This document shows positions 63,755-64,000 of a DNA stretch of 64,000 bases, piece after piece. Location of the stretch: assembly GCA_051362555.1 (NCBI GenBank), contig CM120640.1, forward strand, positions 18,104,001 through 18,168,000, written 5' to 3'. Numbering within the stretch: position 1 is the stretch's first letter; every line of letters starts with the position of its first letter. Origin of the DNA: Lingula anatina (lineage: Eukaryota; Animalia; Brachiopoda). The position numbers were made by a program, and so were the translations under genes. The notes under the pieces are model-generated. The model was not told where the DNA came from. It saw only the letters and a list, made by a program, of their open reading frames with translations, and ran no database searches.

Positions 63755-64000
63755 CTGTAATAAAAATGTCAGTCTCTTTAATAAACATTTTCCAAATATT
63801 ATAAGTTACAAGAATTTATTTTTTTCATCCAGATGGCATAAGTACGGCGGCAAAGACACCACATCACTAACCCCATGTGTCTTGTCTTCACCTGAGTTTT
63901 GGACACCTCATCCAATAAATTTAAAATGGCCATGCTTAAAATCTATTTAAGAAAATGATGGCTTTCGAGTCAAAAAAATTAAAAAGCCTTTAACTGCCAA

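Overview
AT-rich, intron-rich animal genomic DNA. It is probably an invertebrate, and the repeats look lophotrochozoan, but the organism cannot be fixed from sequence. Exons were assembled by hand from GT-AG boundaries, and every junction is phase-consistent. From left to right: two tRNA genes (partial Leu, Gly-TCC) inside an intron of the 3' half of an STK33-like kinase (+); a small acidic protein SMAP/C11orf58 gene (-) head-to-head with RPL36A/eL42 (+), whose intron 2 carries a 4-kb TAA-TSD DNA transposon with a nested Helentron-type element and a ~146-bp tandem array; FBXO3 (-) head-to-head with a ~35-kb CELF1/2 (Bruno/ETR-1-type) gene (+); and the 3' end of an unrecognised multi-exon gene (-). 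The main discovery candidate is in FBXO3. It has two tandem, homologous, intact 114-nt exons encoding alternative versions of the ApaG domain core. Flanking intronic elements can form mutually exclusive RNA duplexes with one shared site, which suggests a docking/selector-type mutually exclusive splicing switch on an SCF substrate receptor. This is inferred from sequence only, with no transcript data.
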